From assembly GCA_002633005.1 (NCBI GenBank), contig NMRA01000972.1, forward strand, positions 1-64,000: 64,000 bases of DNA, given 5' to 3'. Shown here piece by piece: positions 38,408 through 51,188 of the stretch; positions within the stretch are counted from its first letter, which is position 1, and each line of letters opens with the position of its first letter. Origin of the DNA: Phoronis australis (taxonomy: Eukaryota > Animalia > Phoronida). The notes under the pieces are model-generated. The model did no database searches and had not been told where the DNA came from. It was given only the letters and a program-made list of their open reading frames with translations. Position numbers and translations under genes: made by a program.

Positions 38408-39234
38408 CTGATGGGGTTAGAAGTAGACACATAGTTAGACATCACCAACAGAAAATAACAGTTCCCCGATAATTTAGAGAACTTAAACGACAAACATATT
38501 ATCGTACTCTTTTTAATAATTGTCCAAGCTTTAGCAGCCTTCAGATTTATATTGATAAAAAACACCCCATGTGGACATTTCAGTCATGGTAACTCAATAG
38601 CCAAAGTATTGCATTGTGCCTAAGATCACCTTTGCCATTAAGATTGTGTGCCAGTCAAACACAAGGGAAGAAACAAATACAGGATGGGTTGAAAATCTTA
38701 CTAATCCAAATCTTACACTATATTTTATGATTGAGTACTTTTTAATTTTCTCATATTTCAAGTCATGGAAGCATGAAACTTTTGTTTGATACTGATACTC
38801 CTATTTTAGGCCCATTTCTGAACATGATTCAATAATTAATAGTGCTTTCAATCCATGCTCCACGTCTCTGAATCTAACTGCAACACAAACACTGAAGTTT
38901 GTGATAGTGGAGTTATGAATATCCAGTGGAATTATCGCTAATTTCTCATTACCGACGGAGTGTTGCCATAGATTTTCTCTTTCAAATACCTTGGAAGAAA
39001 ATAATCAGTAAGAGAAAGTCTTATTCCGTGTTGCATTGACAATTTATGGCCGCCGCACTTCCCTAATCTCCCCCCTGCAGTGCTCAGCAAAACAATACAC
39101 AAGCAACGGATTTTCTGCTACCGCTAAATTTCTGCATGTAAGGCCAAGAGCGTATATGTGGCATTTCAAGATACAGTCATGCATGCTTTAATCCTCTACC
39201 AATGCAAACTGTATTGGTCTGTCAGGAAACTTAC

Positions 39235-39303
39235 TCTAGCTTGTTTCAATACTGTTCCATACAGTTTGAGAGGTTCCACAACCTTGGCCTCTAGTCGATC
39301 AAC
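39235..39303 (-). CDS. CIBAR1: FAM92/CIBAR exon 4 (VDRLEAKVVEPLKLYGTVLKQAR)
   Basis: Acceptor tcacag, donor AGA|GTAAGT; 69 nt. RLEAKVVEPLK.YG is diagnostic of FAM92. Confidence 0.96.
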
Positions 39304-40148
39304 CTGTGAAATGAACAAGCAAAAACCATTTGAACCAAGGAAAAATGTGTTCACTTACAAACGTTATGAGTGCCGCTGAACTCACACATGTACAGTGCAA
39401 TTACTAAATTTGGAAATACTAGTTGTTTGTCGCAGCTACTTCATAGAAAAAGAGATAGGAGGCTTCACATCCCTTGACATCATGCGATGAGAGATGTTTT
39501 TCATCTCATGTATAAAGATAGATGCTTATAATAATTACATGAATGTTTTATTGAAAAATTGACAAAGGAAACATCTTTTTGCAGAGAATCATTACTTACT
39601 CCTCTAATTATTTGTCAGACTAAAACACATTTGTTTTCTTTGTACTACAAAAACATGCAAGTCCACAATACTCTATGTTTAAGAAGCAACCTATACAGTG
39701 ACCATTGGTTTAGCTGTTTACAAAAACAGAGAAACCTGTTAATCAGCAAACCAAATTCTATTTTAATGTTTATAAAATTAGGAAAATTCATTTTATCATA
39801 AACGTAAAAGTAACAGAAATGTTCTGGGAAGTACTTACTCTTTTCAATGCATGCCAAGTTGATTGATTGTTAACTAGAAGACAACGTAAAAAAGCACCTT
39901 CAGAAAGAAAATGCGCAACTACCATGCATTTTCAAAGCAAACGCCAATGGAGCTATGGCCAGAATGAGTCTTGAGTGTGCAAATTTCAGTAATTAAAAAC
40001 AAAAAATAATAGAATCGCATACACTACAGAAATATGCAAACTCAATGGCAGAATTCCAATCCCATGAATCTCCTCATTTTCCTCCATTAGGAGAAACAAG
40101 GTTTCAACTAATAGCTTTAGAGTAAACACCAATGCCTTGATAAACTAC

Positions 40149-40273
40149 CTGGGCATTTCTGTAGTCCTGAACAGCAGACAGGTTCTGTGAGAACTGCAAG
40201 AGTGACTTCTTGCTCGATGGGTTGTGGCTCACATTCTGGGCATAATCATACATCAGCTGGGAGATGGCATCCC
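40149..40273 (-). CDS. CIBAR1: FAM92/CIBAR exon 3 (GDAISQLMYDYAQNVSHNPSSKKSLLQFSQNLSAVQDYRNAQ)
   Basis: Acceptor ctacag, donor CAG|GTAGTT; 125 nt, phase 1-0. QDYR.A motif. Confidence 0.93.
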
Positions 40274-41022
40274 CTGTAGGAAAAGGGCACGTTGTCATTA
40301 TGCAACACACTACCATACTAATCTAACTATTCCCCATACCTTTTTAAGTGCTCCCCACCAATTAATGGATGACACTGAAAACCTTGTGCTTATCCATTTT
40401 GGACAAACTCTGATAGCACAAATTTGAGAGTTCATTTTTGGTTGCGGCCTCCACTATTAAGGCATTAAAACTCCTTGTGGTGCACTTTGATGGTTACGTA
40501 AGCATTGCATAACCATCACAAATGGGATCTTGATGGTTAAATTGGATACATATAGGTTGTACAATTACTGTGAATTTGACTTTTCATATCTTGTCTAACA
40601 TGCCTTTAAAATCTTACTGCATGTAAAAATAATCCCCTCCTTTTGGGGAATCTCCCATGTGCCAACAGAGTTCATTATTTGTCTGAATCCACTAGGCACA
40701 CAATAGCATGAACTTGTTTAAATATGATCACTTGAATGCCTTGTAGGTTTAACGTTTGGATAATTTCTTAACAGTTTATTTTTCAGCTAAAAACAACAAA
40801 AAGATGTCTAAACAAAAATGTAACATTTATATAAGTGACACTAATTGTGTCATGACTGAGCTTCATAAAGTAATGAACATGACCATTACCACCAAACTTT
40901 ACTTGAAACTTGAATAAAAAAACACCAATTGTGTGACATGCTTTGACAGATCTTTAAAGTTCAAGAGACACGGCTGATCAATTTTCAAGCTAATTCTCAA
41001 GTCTTAGTTGTTACTCGCTCAC

Positions 41023-41138
41023 CCTTGTCTCTAATTTTTGCTGTCTTTCTGGTGTAAGCAGCAAACTCCGCACAGAGGTCTCCAAAATATTTCTCCACTG
41101 ATGTAACTCTGTCTTGCATAAACTTGGACTGATACTCA
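41023..41138 (-). CDS. CIBAR1: FAM92/CIBAR exon 2 (EYQSKFMQDRVTSVEKYFGDLCAEFAAYTRKTAKIRDK)
   Basis: Acceptor gacag, donor AGG|GTGAGC; 116 nt. Matches FAM92 'VEKHFGELC..FAAY.RKTARLRDK'. Confidence 0.95.
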
Positions 41139-42015
41139 CTGTCAATTAAAAACATATAGACAGAACTGGGTCCAGGGATTAATTAATCTTTGAACACAGA
41201 CTCAAAGCATTACCAATAACGCCGCATCATCCCAGTACAAAATTGTAATTTTACTCGAAGATTGCCATCCAATAGGTCAATTTTCGAGAATCTAGTAAAG
41301 AGATTAGACATTGCGGCCCACAGTATATAGCCTATATACTTTTGAAATTTTTGTTACTTCAGAGCAAACTCAAGGTAATTACACGGATTTTTCTCCATGA
41401 ATCAAAAAAAATTAACAGACTTCAGAGCAAAAAGTCGTGCCTCTCCTATTAAATGAGCTATGTTTTAAAATTAACTTCATGATGGATCAGTTAGTGGAAT
41501 ACGCAAACTAAATTACTGAGTTAGTTGAGTTTCCGGATTGTCTTTTGTGACTTTGAGCACCTATCTCGCACATCTGTCATGAACACTAAAACTGACACAT
41601 GCATGACCTCTAACCTTTCAGGTCAAGTTTGTTAGATTTGCCTAATTGGTTGTTTTATGAACCCCTCTTGTGGCTAATTAGTTTATTGTTTTGGCCAATC
41701 AGGGCGAGAGTTTGAATGACACATCTTCAATTCAGTTGAGCATTGAACCATTGATCTGACCAGTGACTATCAGCGTCAGCTCAGGCAGTGTTACAGACAC
41801 TTGTATACCAATAATCATGTCATAAAAAATCAACAACACGCTGGCAACCATAGTCAGAAAACAAACCCTGAAATTTTGCCTGATTCAGGGTTGGTATGCT
41901 CAATGCTGCGTTACATTTGAATTGATGTATTTGGCTACTGGCTAGCAGGCAACGTACCACTGCGCTGCACGAAATCATTTATTATTACAGAAAGTGCTTT
42001 ATAAACGTAACCTAC

Positions 42016-42053
42016 CCCGAAACAATGGAGGCATTTGTGCGATCTAGAGTCAT
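42016..42053 (-). CDS. CIBAR1: FAM92/CIBAR candidate coding exon 1 (MTLDRTNASIVSG)
   Basis: ATG in an AAAATGA context; donor GG|GTAGGT in phase 2, as exon 2 requires; short N-terminus like FAM92. Alternative first exons exist (see findings). Confidence 0.55.
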
Positions 42054-43683
42054 TTTCAAAATAAATATACTCTAACCGTTCAGCGCTATCTCCTTGCAAA
42101 CGCCTCGATTTCAAGCTGAAGGGAACTCACATTTCGATCTCTTTAACGTAAAGAGCTAGTACGATCCTGCAGAGCCACCTGCGGAGACATCGAGTGCTTG
42201 TAAAATGTAAATAGAGGTCTGTGAAAGACTGACAAACACCATACTTAATATGATTCCAGTGAGACGAAAAGAAATTCGCCATGGTTGACGTAAAATGTTT
42301 TAAAATCATCACACGATGTTTTTCTCCCAGCTTTACCGTCAATTGACCAGAAATGGACCTGCTAAAAAGTAAAGGCCTTTACGATCGACCTTATTACACC
42401 TGCGACTACTAATCCGTTGCCACTTTTGAGTTTAAAAGCAAGTGCGAGGGAGACTTCATGTTCGTAAGATAATTCTCAACCCTTATTTAATATGAAAGGG
42501 GGACTTAGTCTGAAGCTAAAAGCAATAAAATTACAACTTTTTGAAACAGAGCTCATATGTTCATTTGAGAAAAAATGCTGAGCGAAATTTTAGCGTTAGA
42601 AGTTGGGTTTATACATCTCACTAATTATTCTTTGAAATGATGTTATTCTAAACTGACCACGGACGGCAAGTAAGCTCGTTCACAAGGAAGTTTGTGAATA
42701 TACTTTTCATGCGAAAAATAGTCAAATAGTATTTGTGATTTAAAAATTCCTCAATGTTTGAATTATAAAAAACTAGCAACTTTTCGGAAGATCATGTAAG
42801 TCTTCTTAATAAGGATATCATGCATGTTTTTCTTTTTTGAAATATTGTACTCTTGTAATCACAACACATTTCTATAAAATCTAAAAGCATTCGGTATAAT
42901 TCTGGGGCTGGGATATAATCTTTTTACTCGCACTCAATCTCCAAGTTAACGTTTTCTGTTCTCTTCTGGTAACTAAGAACTCAATGGAACTGTCTATTAT
43001 TCTGTTCTCGATTATATTGTGGTTTACGTTGATGTCTATTTTGCACTTAATGAACAAAGCATTAAAGCATTAACTTACTGTCTGAACTCAAAATTTATAA
43101 TTTTTATCGACATTATAGCTCAAATCTGGGGCTACCAAGTGGGAATTCTGACTACACACCAACGGTTAGCGTAACCCATTATATACTCAATCACGGTATG
43201 ATAGATAATCAATTCGTATAAAGGAGAACGGTAACCGAAAAATATATTTTCGAGTTCGATTTCGAGTAAAAATATTACATCCCGGAACATGGTGTTGAGC
43301 CCCGGATACGAAACAAATGTGGGAGCAACCCCCTGTAGACTCCAGTTTCGCATCCGCCGCCGAAACAAATCGTCCAATGCACCTGCATGCCCCTTCGACA
43401 CCTGTTATACCTCCGGACAACACTTATACCTCTGCCCTCTTAATTCCTGAGAAACTTTTAATTAGCATGTGAAGCGCGTGGGAAGGCAAACATTATGGGG
43501 TGGGGATGGGCACAGATTCGAGTCAATTTTGCCTTAATTTTGCACACCACCGTGGTGCCAAAGTCAGATTCCTCCCTGTTACCACCACTCCAAACCCGCC
43601 TGGTCGTTGTCACTAGCGTGCAGACTTAGTTCTTCGCCGGGTCTGGGCAAACCCTGTAGAGGCAACCACCAGAGACCTAGGAG

Positions 43684-43840
43684 CAGCGTTCGAAATACAC
43701 GCTGGCCCGGTGTCCCGGGGTCAGTAGATTTGCGGCCGGGTCAGAAACTTTTAAAAGTTAACTTGGCACCCGGGCCAGTAAATTTTCAAACTAACTGGCT
43801 CGGCGGGCCACCACATTTTTTTGATGAAGTTCGAACACTA
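43684..43840. mobile_element. hAT-like MITE (157 bp)
   Basis: TIRs CAGCGTTCGAA and (rc) TAGTGTTCGAA; 8-bp flanks CCTAGGAG / CCTGGGAA (6/8 match); internal GGCCCGG/CCGGGCCAG subrepeats. Confidence 0.65.
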
Positions 43841-45910
43841 CCTGGGAAACTTATGCTTTATCAAAAATTGTCGAGAAAGAGTCACATTTTAGAATTGAGT
43901 ACGGTTCGCTGTTACAGCTTTACAGTATGAAACTAAGAGGTACTTCTCTTAATATGAATTGAACATGATTAAGGTGCCAAAATGTATAACAAAAATCGTT
44001 TTAGGGGGTGTAAAAGTAACGCAAGAAACTCTTTCCTCAGCAGAGAGACCGGAACACGGGAAAAACAGTCCCGCTTTGGAATGAGTAGACAGAACTGTCC
44101 AAGGTCAAGTAACACCGATTAGGTTGCATTTTGGGGAAAGCTCACTTTATTAGGGTTGTGGTTTGGATAGGCCAAAGGGCGTGGTCTCGGATTCCAAAGT
44201 TGAAACATGCGGGGTATCCCTTGCTTCCTGCTTGGCGCTTATATAAAATAACGTGATGCCTAAATTGCCGCGGCCTTGGGGACCGTATTGTACTTAATAA
44301 GAACAATTTTATTCAAAATATCAAACAGTACCTAGTCGATCAACTACGGACTGAAATTTTCTCCTGCGTGGAAACCTGCATTCTTGAATGCCGAAGGCGT
44401 TTGGTCACGACTTCTTATTATTTTCCTTTTCTTAATGTAATATAATACTGTTTATAACGTGTTATAAGTTTCCATATTAGTCAAAGTACTCGTCTTAAGA
44501 AGTGTGTTCACGAAAACGACGCTTACGACCTTTTAGCCCCAAGTCTGATTTACACCTGTGCTGGCTAATCACTGTGCATTTTTTTCTGGAACTTAAAAGT
44601 TCACAAAAAACTGGTTCCTATCTTCATCAGAGAACGACGATTTACATGTAGGCCTACTTTTAGTTACGTTCAAGTTAAGGGAAAATAAATGTTATGAGTC
44701 TTTGTGAAACTGCCTCAGAATACAAGTTTCTCGTGTTTATTTTCCAATCCTGGTTACGTCACGTTTATCTCAACTCCCCAAATCGTTAATACGGAGCTCG
44801 TTAGTTGCTATATTGACCTTGAGTTATAGATGTGCCTTTGTATTCTGGTATTTGTCTTTGCAAGGTCACGGCCAAGTAACGATTTATAATTCAGTAATAT
44901 AAAGAAAACATTGCCAGGACACGATATTGTCTTTAATATCATGTTGATTTAATCAACAAAGAAAACAGATTGTTGTTATTCAACTTCATTTCTTTGGCTA
45001 TAGTGTTCATACCCATGCACCTATATCTGAAATAATGGTTTAAATGTGAAACACTATTTTCTGGTCAAGTGTTTCGCATAGGCGCAAGCGGCTATCCCAA
45101 ATTCAGAACACAACTTAAAACTATGTGTTGTGTGTTTTTCTGTATTCTTTGTCTATTCTCAGACCTTTTCATTAATTAGTAATCATTAAATTGAATGCAT
45201 GTTAACGACTACAATTTTATAACGGATGAGTACACTCACAAAATAATTGAAAATCCACTCCTTGGATTTACTCAAGTTTTGCGCATATAGGCGCATGCGC
45301 CTAATTCCACATATAGGGACAGCTTTAGATACCGTATAGGCACACGGACTTAAATACGCGCAAAATGCAGGTAAAGGAAACTGCCCACGGAAATAAATGT
45401 TCGACTACCTAGTTCCAACTTAGCCATATAGATAAAAAACTATCAGCCTCGCGCAAACTAGGGTCTCCATCTCTTCAACATAGGACCCCCCTAAAATGTT
45501 GGGGCCATAAGGGGGAGGTGCTTGTAGCTCGACAATTGTTATGACCTGGCGAGGGGAGCCTGAAATTGTGGAGACCGCAGGAGTTTAATTTGAAAGTTGT
45601 AGCACTCTGGGGCCTTAAAAGTGTGACACCCAGGGTCCCCAAACGTTTTAACCTGAGGGCTCAGATAAATCTTTATCCAGCAGCCACTACCCAACATGAG
45701 AGGTCACAGGGAGCAAGGCGACGAGTGAATAGTTCAAGAGTTATGCAGTTCATTTACGCAGATAATGGCACATCCTGTACTTGAGAGCGACATACAGTGA
45801 GCGACTGAATTATTCAATGTATTTTACACTTGATGACCACTATAGTATCTGTTCAACCGTATGCTATAGTTTAGTGTATGCAAAGTATTTTGGTCTGCAC
45901 TCATAATAGG

Positions 45911-45922
45911 GTTGCCATGGCG
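45911..45922 (+). promoter_or_regulatory. RFX X-box-like motif GTTGCCATGGCG between ANKUB1 and CIBAR
   Basis: Direct match to the X-box core, about 3.9 kb upstream of the CIBAR start. Confidence 0.4.
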
Positions 45923-46850
45923 TAAATCGCGACGGGACATCACATTATTATTTAAGATAACGCGTGAATAAAAACGAAGGCTTTTATTCGTTGACAGACA
46001 CTGGAAACATTGACATGGTTAGCAATTTTGACAGTGATAAGCATTATTTCAGTATAGCATAGGCCTTAAGGATATTTCATGCCGTGTAAAATGAAAACAA
46101 CGAAAAAGTCTCCAACTACGAATGTATGGCAATTTATGAAACCTAAAGCTGCAGTAAAATTTTACTGACCAATCTCGGTACACAACTGTCAACGTATCAA
46201 ATTTTACATGGTTCCCTATACATAAGTATTTGATTCCTGTTCTTACTTGTATTCTGACGAGAAATAATGACCAGAAACTTACCAATCAAGACCAGAAGGG
46301 ACAGTTACTACTAGCTTACTACCTAATTATGATAAATTACAAACTTGGTTACATAGCCATACAAAATATGTCGCAAATGTTTCCATACGATGATTAAAAA
46401 TTAACTCCGCTCTGAATATATAACCCCGGCATCGACAAGTAATTTGGTGTCAAAATGCAACACTATGGAAGTGCAAGACGCTTCAGTTCATATGCTGCTG
46501 ATCTCTATGCTGATGTTTGAGGAAGGGACATGCACGCACCCAGAGGGGAGGGGGGAGGCTTCCCAATTTGCAATTTGGCGAAGTGGCAAAAAGGTCCGCC
46601 TCAGAGAAACGAGGACTCCGAACGTTTTCCTGAGTCGTTGGTGATTTCGATGTTACATTATCGAAATCGAATCATATCAGTAATTTGATTACCTTTTTGC
46701 AAGCGAATCAGGGCGCAACGCAGCTTTAAAACTGAGTAAATTTGATAGCTTTTTGCAACCATAGCACCCCTTTTGTGACACACGCGTGTTTTGTGTAATG
46801 GGCCCAACCATGAGGCCTGCTCACCTCTGATGCACCGCTAATGAAGTCAG

Positions 46851-47256
46851 TGGCCGGTCGCATGAAACAGTTTCAAGTAAGGACTCAACTAAGTTCTTTA
46901 GGTACAGATGTAATATTTTTTTGTATAATTTTATCTTTATTATGAGCTCTTCTTTGACTATTGGCATTTTGAAATAATATTACTAAAAAGTGAGCCCTTA
47001 ATTTAATCACAACAGTTAGGGACTTAGTCCTTAAATTGGGGGCGTTGAATGAAAAGATCCCTACTTATTTTCAATAATATTGAGAATTCAATCTAGAGCT
47101 CACTCTCAATTTTTATCAAAGCCAAAATTTGGCATAGAAACGATACTCAAGCAGCATAAGATAGGACAATCAGAATATTCACAAGCCCGCAAATACGCAG
47201 TGGATTTAGGGAACTTAGTTGATTCCCTATTTGGGACTGTTTCATGCAACCGAGCA
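46851..47256. mobile_element. Harbinger-like MITE, copy 2 (partial inverted copy at about 58490-58625)
   Basis: TIRs TGGCCGGTCGCATGAAACAGT and (rc) TGCTCGGTTGCATGAAACAGT, with CAG on both flanks as a candidate 3-bp TSD. Confidence 0.7.
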
Positions 47257-48317
47257 CAGACCACTTGCTCTGTTTTTTGTGACACACGCAATGTGCATAG
47301 AACACTAGCCCACTGCACATGTGTTGTCGAATCTCTTCCCGCAGTACTCCAATTTTCATAACCAGAAAAACAACATTCTGTTCATCTTTTTTGTCAATGC
47401 TGGTCCCAACATTTTACTTTGAGGTAACGAACAATAACACATTTCCAGTTCAGCTTTGGGGAACTTTCTGATGTTACATGGAAAAGTCAAAGTAGGCACT
47501 CAAATATGCCTCCTTTCCTTTCAACACTCTTGCACACTCTACTCGGAATTCGTAATATAATGAAGAATAAGTGGGATCTTTTCGTACAGCGGCCCTAATT
47601 TTGTTCCGTGTTTATTCCATATTTAATTTCATTGAAATGAGGCCTTAGTTTTCATAGCTACATGTATTACTAAAAATTCCATATGTTAAAGATAAAGTGA
47701 TACAAAAATATGACAATAGTGATTGAACTAACTCTACAAATGCCCTGGAAATTTAGGGAACGAAGTTTAGCCCCTATTAAAACTATTTCATGCAACCAAC
47801 CACTAAGGCCCATGGCAAACTTTGTATTAAACATCAGATCAAGTAACATGAGTCGTCATCGGTATCAAACCATTTTTCAAATGGTGCACAGCAAAAAATG
47901 CTAGTACAAGATGAATAACACCACAATAACAAAATTATTTCATTATGAAGATAATCACATGTCTCTATTAACTGTGGGTGTGGCAACAAAGAAAATATTC
48001 GAACAAAAAGATGTTTTAAAAACCTAAAATGTATTGAATCCATGGAAACAAGGAAGAATTGAGCACATATACATGAAGTTGTTAATATAGCAGAGGTATT
48101 GTCTGTTCCACACATTATATGTTTGTTTTACTACACAATTAGACCACTGCGGTACACTCTGGGTACAATCATAAATAATTACACAGATAGCTACCCGTAA
48201 TAAATATATAAATCGCTGTAAAAATGAATATAATCAAAATAATATCACATTACCTCCCTCCTCCGCGTTGCGTCCTTACTTTTAATCCCAGCTTCATCCC
48301 TCGCTCCATCCCAACCC

Positions 48318-48320
<3 letters not shown>

Positions 48321-48357
<37 letters not shown>

Positions 48358-48612
48358 NNNNNNNNNNNNNNNNNNNNNNNNNNNNNNNNNNNNNNNNNNN
48401 NNNNNNNNNNNNNNNNNNNNNNNNNNNNNNNNNNNNNNNNNNNNNNNNNNNNNNNNNNNNNNNNNNNNNNNNNNNNNNNNNNNNNNNNNNNNNNNNNNNN
48501 NNNNNNNNNNNCTCTCTCTCGCCCTCTCCCTTTCCATCTCCCCCCTCTCTCTCCTCTTTCCTTCTCTCTCCCTGTTTCCATCCCGTTCCCCTGTCTCTCC
48601 TTCCCTCCCTCC
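48321..48612. repeat. (CT)n polypyrimidine tract with an N-gap
   Basis: Direct reading. Confidence 0.9.
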
Positions 48613-48989
48613 CTTACGCGCACCCCTATCTGTTCCAGCGTCTTGTCAAAAAATTCATCAGTTGTCTTCAATATCTATAAGCACTTTTGGTACACATGTC
48701 ACAACAAAAAGCATAAATAATTTACGAATAGCACAAAATGGTGATTTTTAGAACATCAAACCTCGTGAGGCGCTCGTTTATGTGTATATAGACATTAAAA
48801 CAACATCAATCAACCGTGACAAAACGACTGGGATCAACCATCCCCAGCGTTTTACAACGACAATTGCTTCAATTAATTTTGTCTCTACACAGTCGAGCAC
48901 GAGTATTCCACACATATCATGCGCATTAAACCTTTGAATTAGCGAACCACAAAGCTGTATCTTGCTTACATTTTAGTTACCCAAGCACA

Positions 48990-51188
48990 TCACGATTCAT
49001 CGCGTCGTTTAAACGTATCAACATTATTTCGCACTACTTTTTTGACACCCTGTGCGGTCAACGTCATGGCCAGGCGAACCTGTTGTAACCATGGTTTGTC
49101 TTTAAAGTTACTAGCAATCGAAAGACATTTTATGGCATAGTCTCTTGCTTGCAGTCCTCGATATTTTTCGTACAAAGTCAAAGTTGAAATTGCTGGGTCA
49201 CTCGCTGACCGCACATGATGAAAATAAGGTCTGGTTTTATTTTCTAAACTCATAACCGGAAGTTGGACATCTCCTTCACCTTGGCTGGCCTGTGCCAACT
49301 GAAGGGCTTTCGTTACCGATTTCTTATTCTTGACTTGTGTCTTACTTTGCCCTTGAGAATCACTTAATGTTCGTGACCTCTCATTCTTGGAGTCTTCTCC
49401 ATTTGACTGGCCTGTTTGCAAGTATGTTCCCTTACCAACGCTGCTGAGATCAGGGTGGGACTGAGTTGTCATATTTGGTGTGCGGCTTAGGCGAGGTAGC
49501 TTAACACCACCATCAAGAGTATTGTCTGACCTTAGCAAGGACGACCCTCCACCTCCACCAACAAGACTGGAAAATATTGCGTCTTTGGGCGGCGGCCTGT
49601 CGACCACATTTGGACCGTTTTTTCGTTTCACCTTTCGCTTACTCTTTGACGACTTCGGCGACACATTAGTGTCATTGTCTGCGGTTTTAAATGTCGAACT
49701 TTCAGAAACATTTTCCTCCCCATTTTCTTCCAAGATTACAGCAGGTCGGCTATGTTTAGATGATTTGGTATTGTGTGAAGCGTCATTGTTATTTTGGTCG
49801 ACATCAATGGCATGTGACAATTGTGACTGTGTACCGGGCTTGTGATCGTTAGCCGATGGTGGTCGGCTAGCATGAGACGAGTCCTCCGAGTCAGTTTTAA
49901 CGCGACCAAAATTCTTAACTGACGGCTTTTTCTTCAGTAACATATTTGAATGACTGAGACTCCTTTGTGCTTCCTTGAAATACATATCCGGGTTTTTGTT
50001 TTTGTCTTGCGGTAAAATCAAATACGACCTCGTCCGTCGTTCTACGGTGTTGGGACTCGGACAAAACACAGGTTTGCCGTTCATTCTCTTGTCTCCAAAT
50101 CCATCGACAGACACGTCGAGCCCAACCAGTGTTCCACTGGCGGCGATAAACGGTCTTCGCTTCAAAGACGATTTTGATTGTCCGTATACGGTGAATACCT
50201 TGTCCTTAGCACGTTCGCACCAGTCCTTGATGGAAGCGTATAAATTCAAAGGCATGGTATAATCTGAGTGCCCGTACTGTATTCTACTCCACTGCTTTGC
50301 AAGGAGAAATCCAGCACAAGGCTTCTTTTTGTTCCGAAGTGCCAACTGAAATGCAGTTTTGCCATTTCCATCCTTGACAACAATAGAGTACAAGCTGTAA
50401 CTGACAAACGCTCGCAAAACATTCAATTGCCCAGATTCTGCACATTCATGTATAGGCGTTTTGTAAGAGTCAATATGGCGCTCATTGTCACACCATTGAC
50501 GGCTTGGATGGTAACCAACTGGGATATCAGATCTAACGCCTTGTTTCAAAAGGGTTATAGCCAAGTCTGGGTGTCCAAAATGAGCCGCTATATACAAGGC
50601 TACTTTCATTTGAAACCGAGATATTGCCTCGTCTGGAAACAATTGTTCCATTACCAGGTGGGCAAACCCTCTGATGGCAAGATTTAAGAAGTCTGTCCAA
50701 CCATCCCAGGTTTCCAGTAGCACTTTATCACCAATTGAAAAGTTGTAATCTTCTAAATTGTGACAGTCAAACAGTTCCTTCTCGGATTTATCATCAACAA
50801 GACGGAAGACACCAACTGGAAGACCGGAGCGTCGCGACACAATTGACCTTAAGTCGGCAACAGATGAATGAACAATGTCTATCTCATCCATCACTTGAAT
50901 CACGTCGTTTTTGTGGGAGCAGTGAACGAATAGACGTGGCTTTATTTCCTCCTTTTCCTTTATACGAATCGTGGTCCCAGGATTTATCCCGATGTCCGTA
51001 AATACCCATTCGTCCTTGAGGTCAGCTCCGGCGAAGGATAACACAACCACTTTCCGGTCTGGCTTTCCTGCTTGATCGCCACCGATCATAAAACGCTCTT
51101 GCACTTCCTTACGTACATCTTCTACTTTGGCACCGTCATCTACGTCGTAGACGTAACGTTCCCCTTCGTAAGCGATGAATATTCTCAT
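48990..51188 (-). CDS. ANKUB1: Ankyrin repeat and ubiquitin domain-containing protein 1, 732 aa, single coding exon
   Basis: Uninterrupted ORF starting MRIFIAYEG (ATG at 51188). Two ubiquitin-like domains (LSFAGADLKDEW; DLRSIVSRRSGLPVGVF...WDGW), ankyrin repeats (VALYIAAHFG, TPIHECAESGQL, GKTAFQLAL) and C-terminal KPWLQQ motif. The acceptor at 51307-51309 puts the exon start at 51306. Confidence 0.95.
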   Translation of the reverse strand: MRIFIAYEGERYVYDVDDGAKVEDVRKEVQERFMIGGDQAGKPDRKVVVLSFAGADLKDEWVFTDIGINPGTTIRIKEKEEIKPRLFVHCSHKNDVIQVMDEIDIVHSSVADLRSIVSRRSGLPVGVFRLVDDKSEKELFDCHNLEDYNFSIGDKVLLETWDGWTDFLNLAIRGFAHLVMEQLFPDEAISRFQMKVALYIAAHFGHPDLAITLLKQGVRSDIPVGYHPSRQWCDNERHIDSYKTPIHECAESGQLNVLRAFVSYSLYSIVVKDGNGKTAFQLALRNKKKPCAGFLLAKQWSRIQYGHSDYTMPLNLYASIKDWCERAKDKVFTVYGQSKSSLKRRPFIAASGTLVGLDVSVDGFGDKRMNGKPVFCPSPNTVERRTRSYLILPQDKNKNPDMYFKEAQRSLSHSNMLLKKKPSVKNFGRVKTDSEDSSHASRPPSANDHKPGTQSQLSHAIDVDQNNNDASHNTKSSKHSRPAVILEENGEENVSESSTFKTADNDTNVSPKSSKSKRKVKRKNGPNVVDRPPPKDAIFSSLVGGGGGSSLLRSDNTLDGGVKLPRLSRTPNMTTQSHPDLSSVGKGTYLQTGQSNGEDSKNERSRTLSDSQGQSKTQVKNKKSVTKALQLAQASQGEGDVQLPVMSLENKTRPYFHHVRSASDPAISTLTLYEKYRGLQARDYAIKCLSIASNFKDKPWLQQVRLAMTLTAQGVKKVVRNNVDTFKRRDES

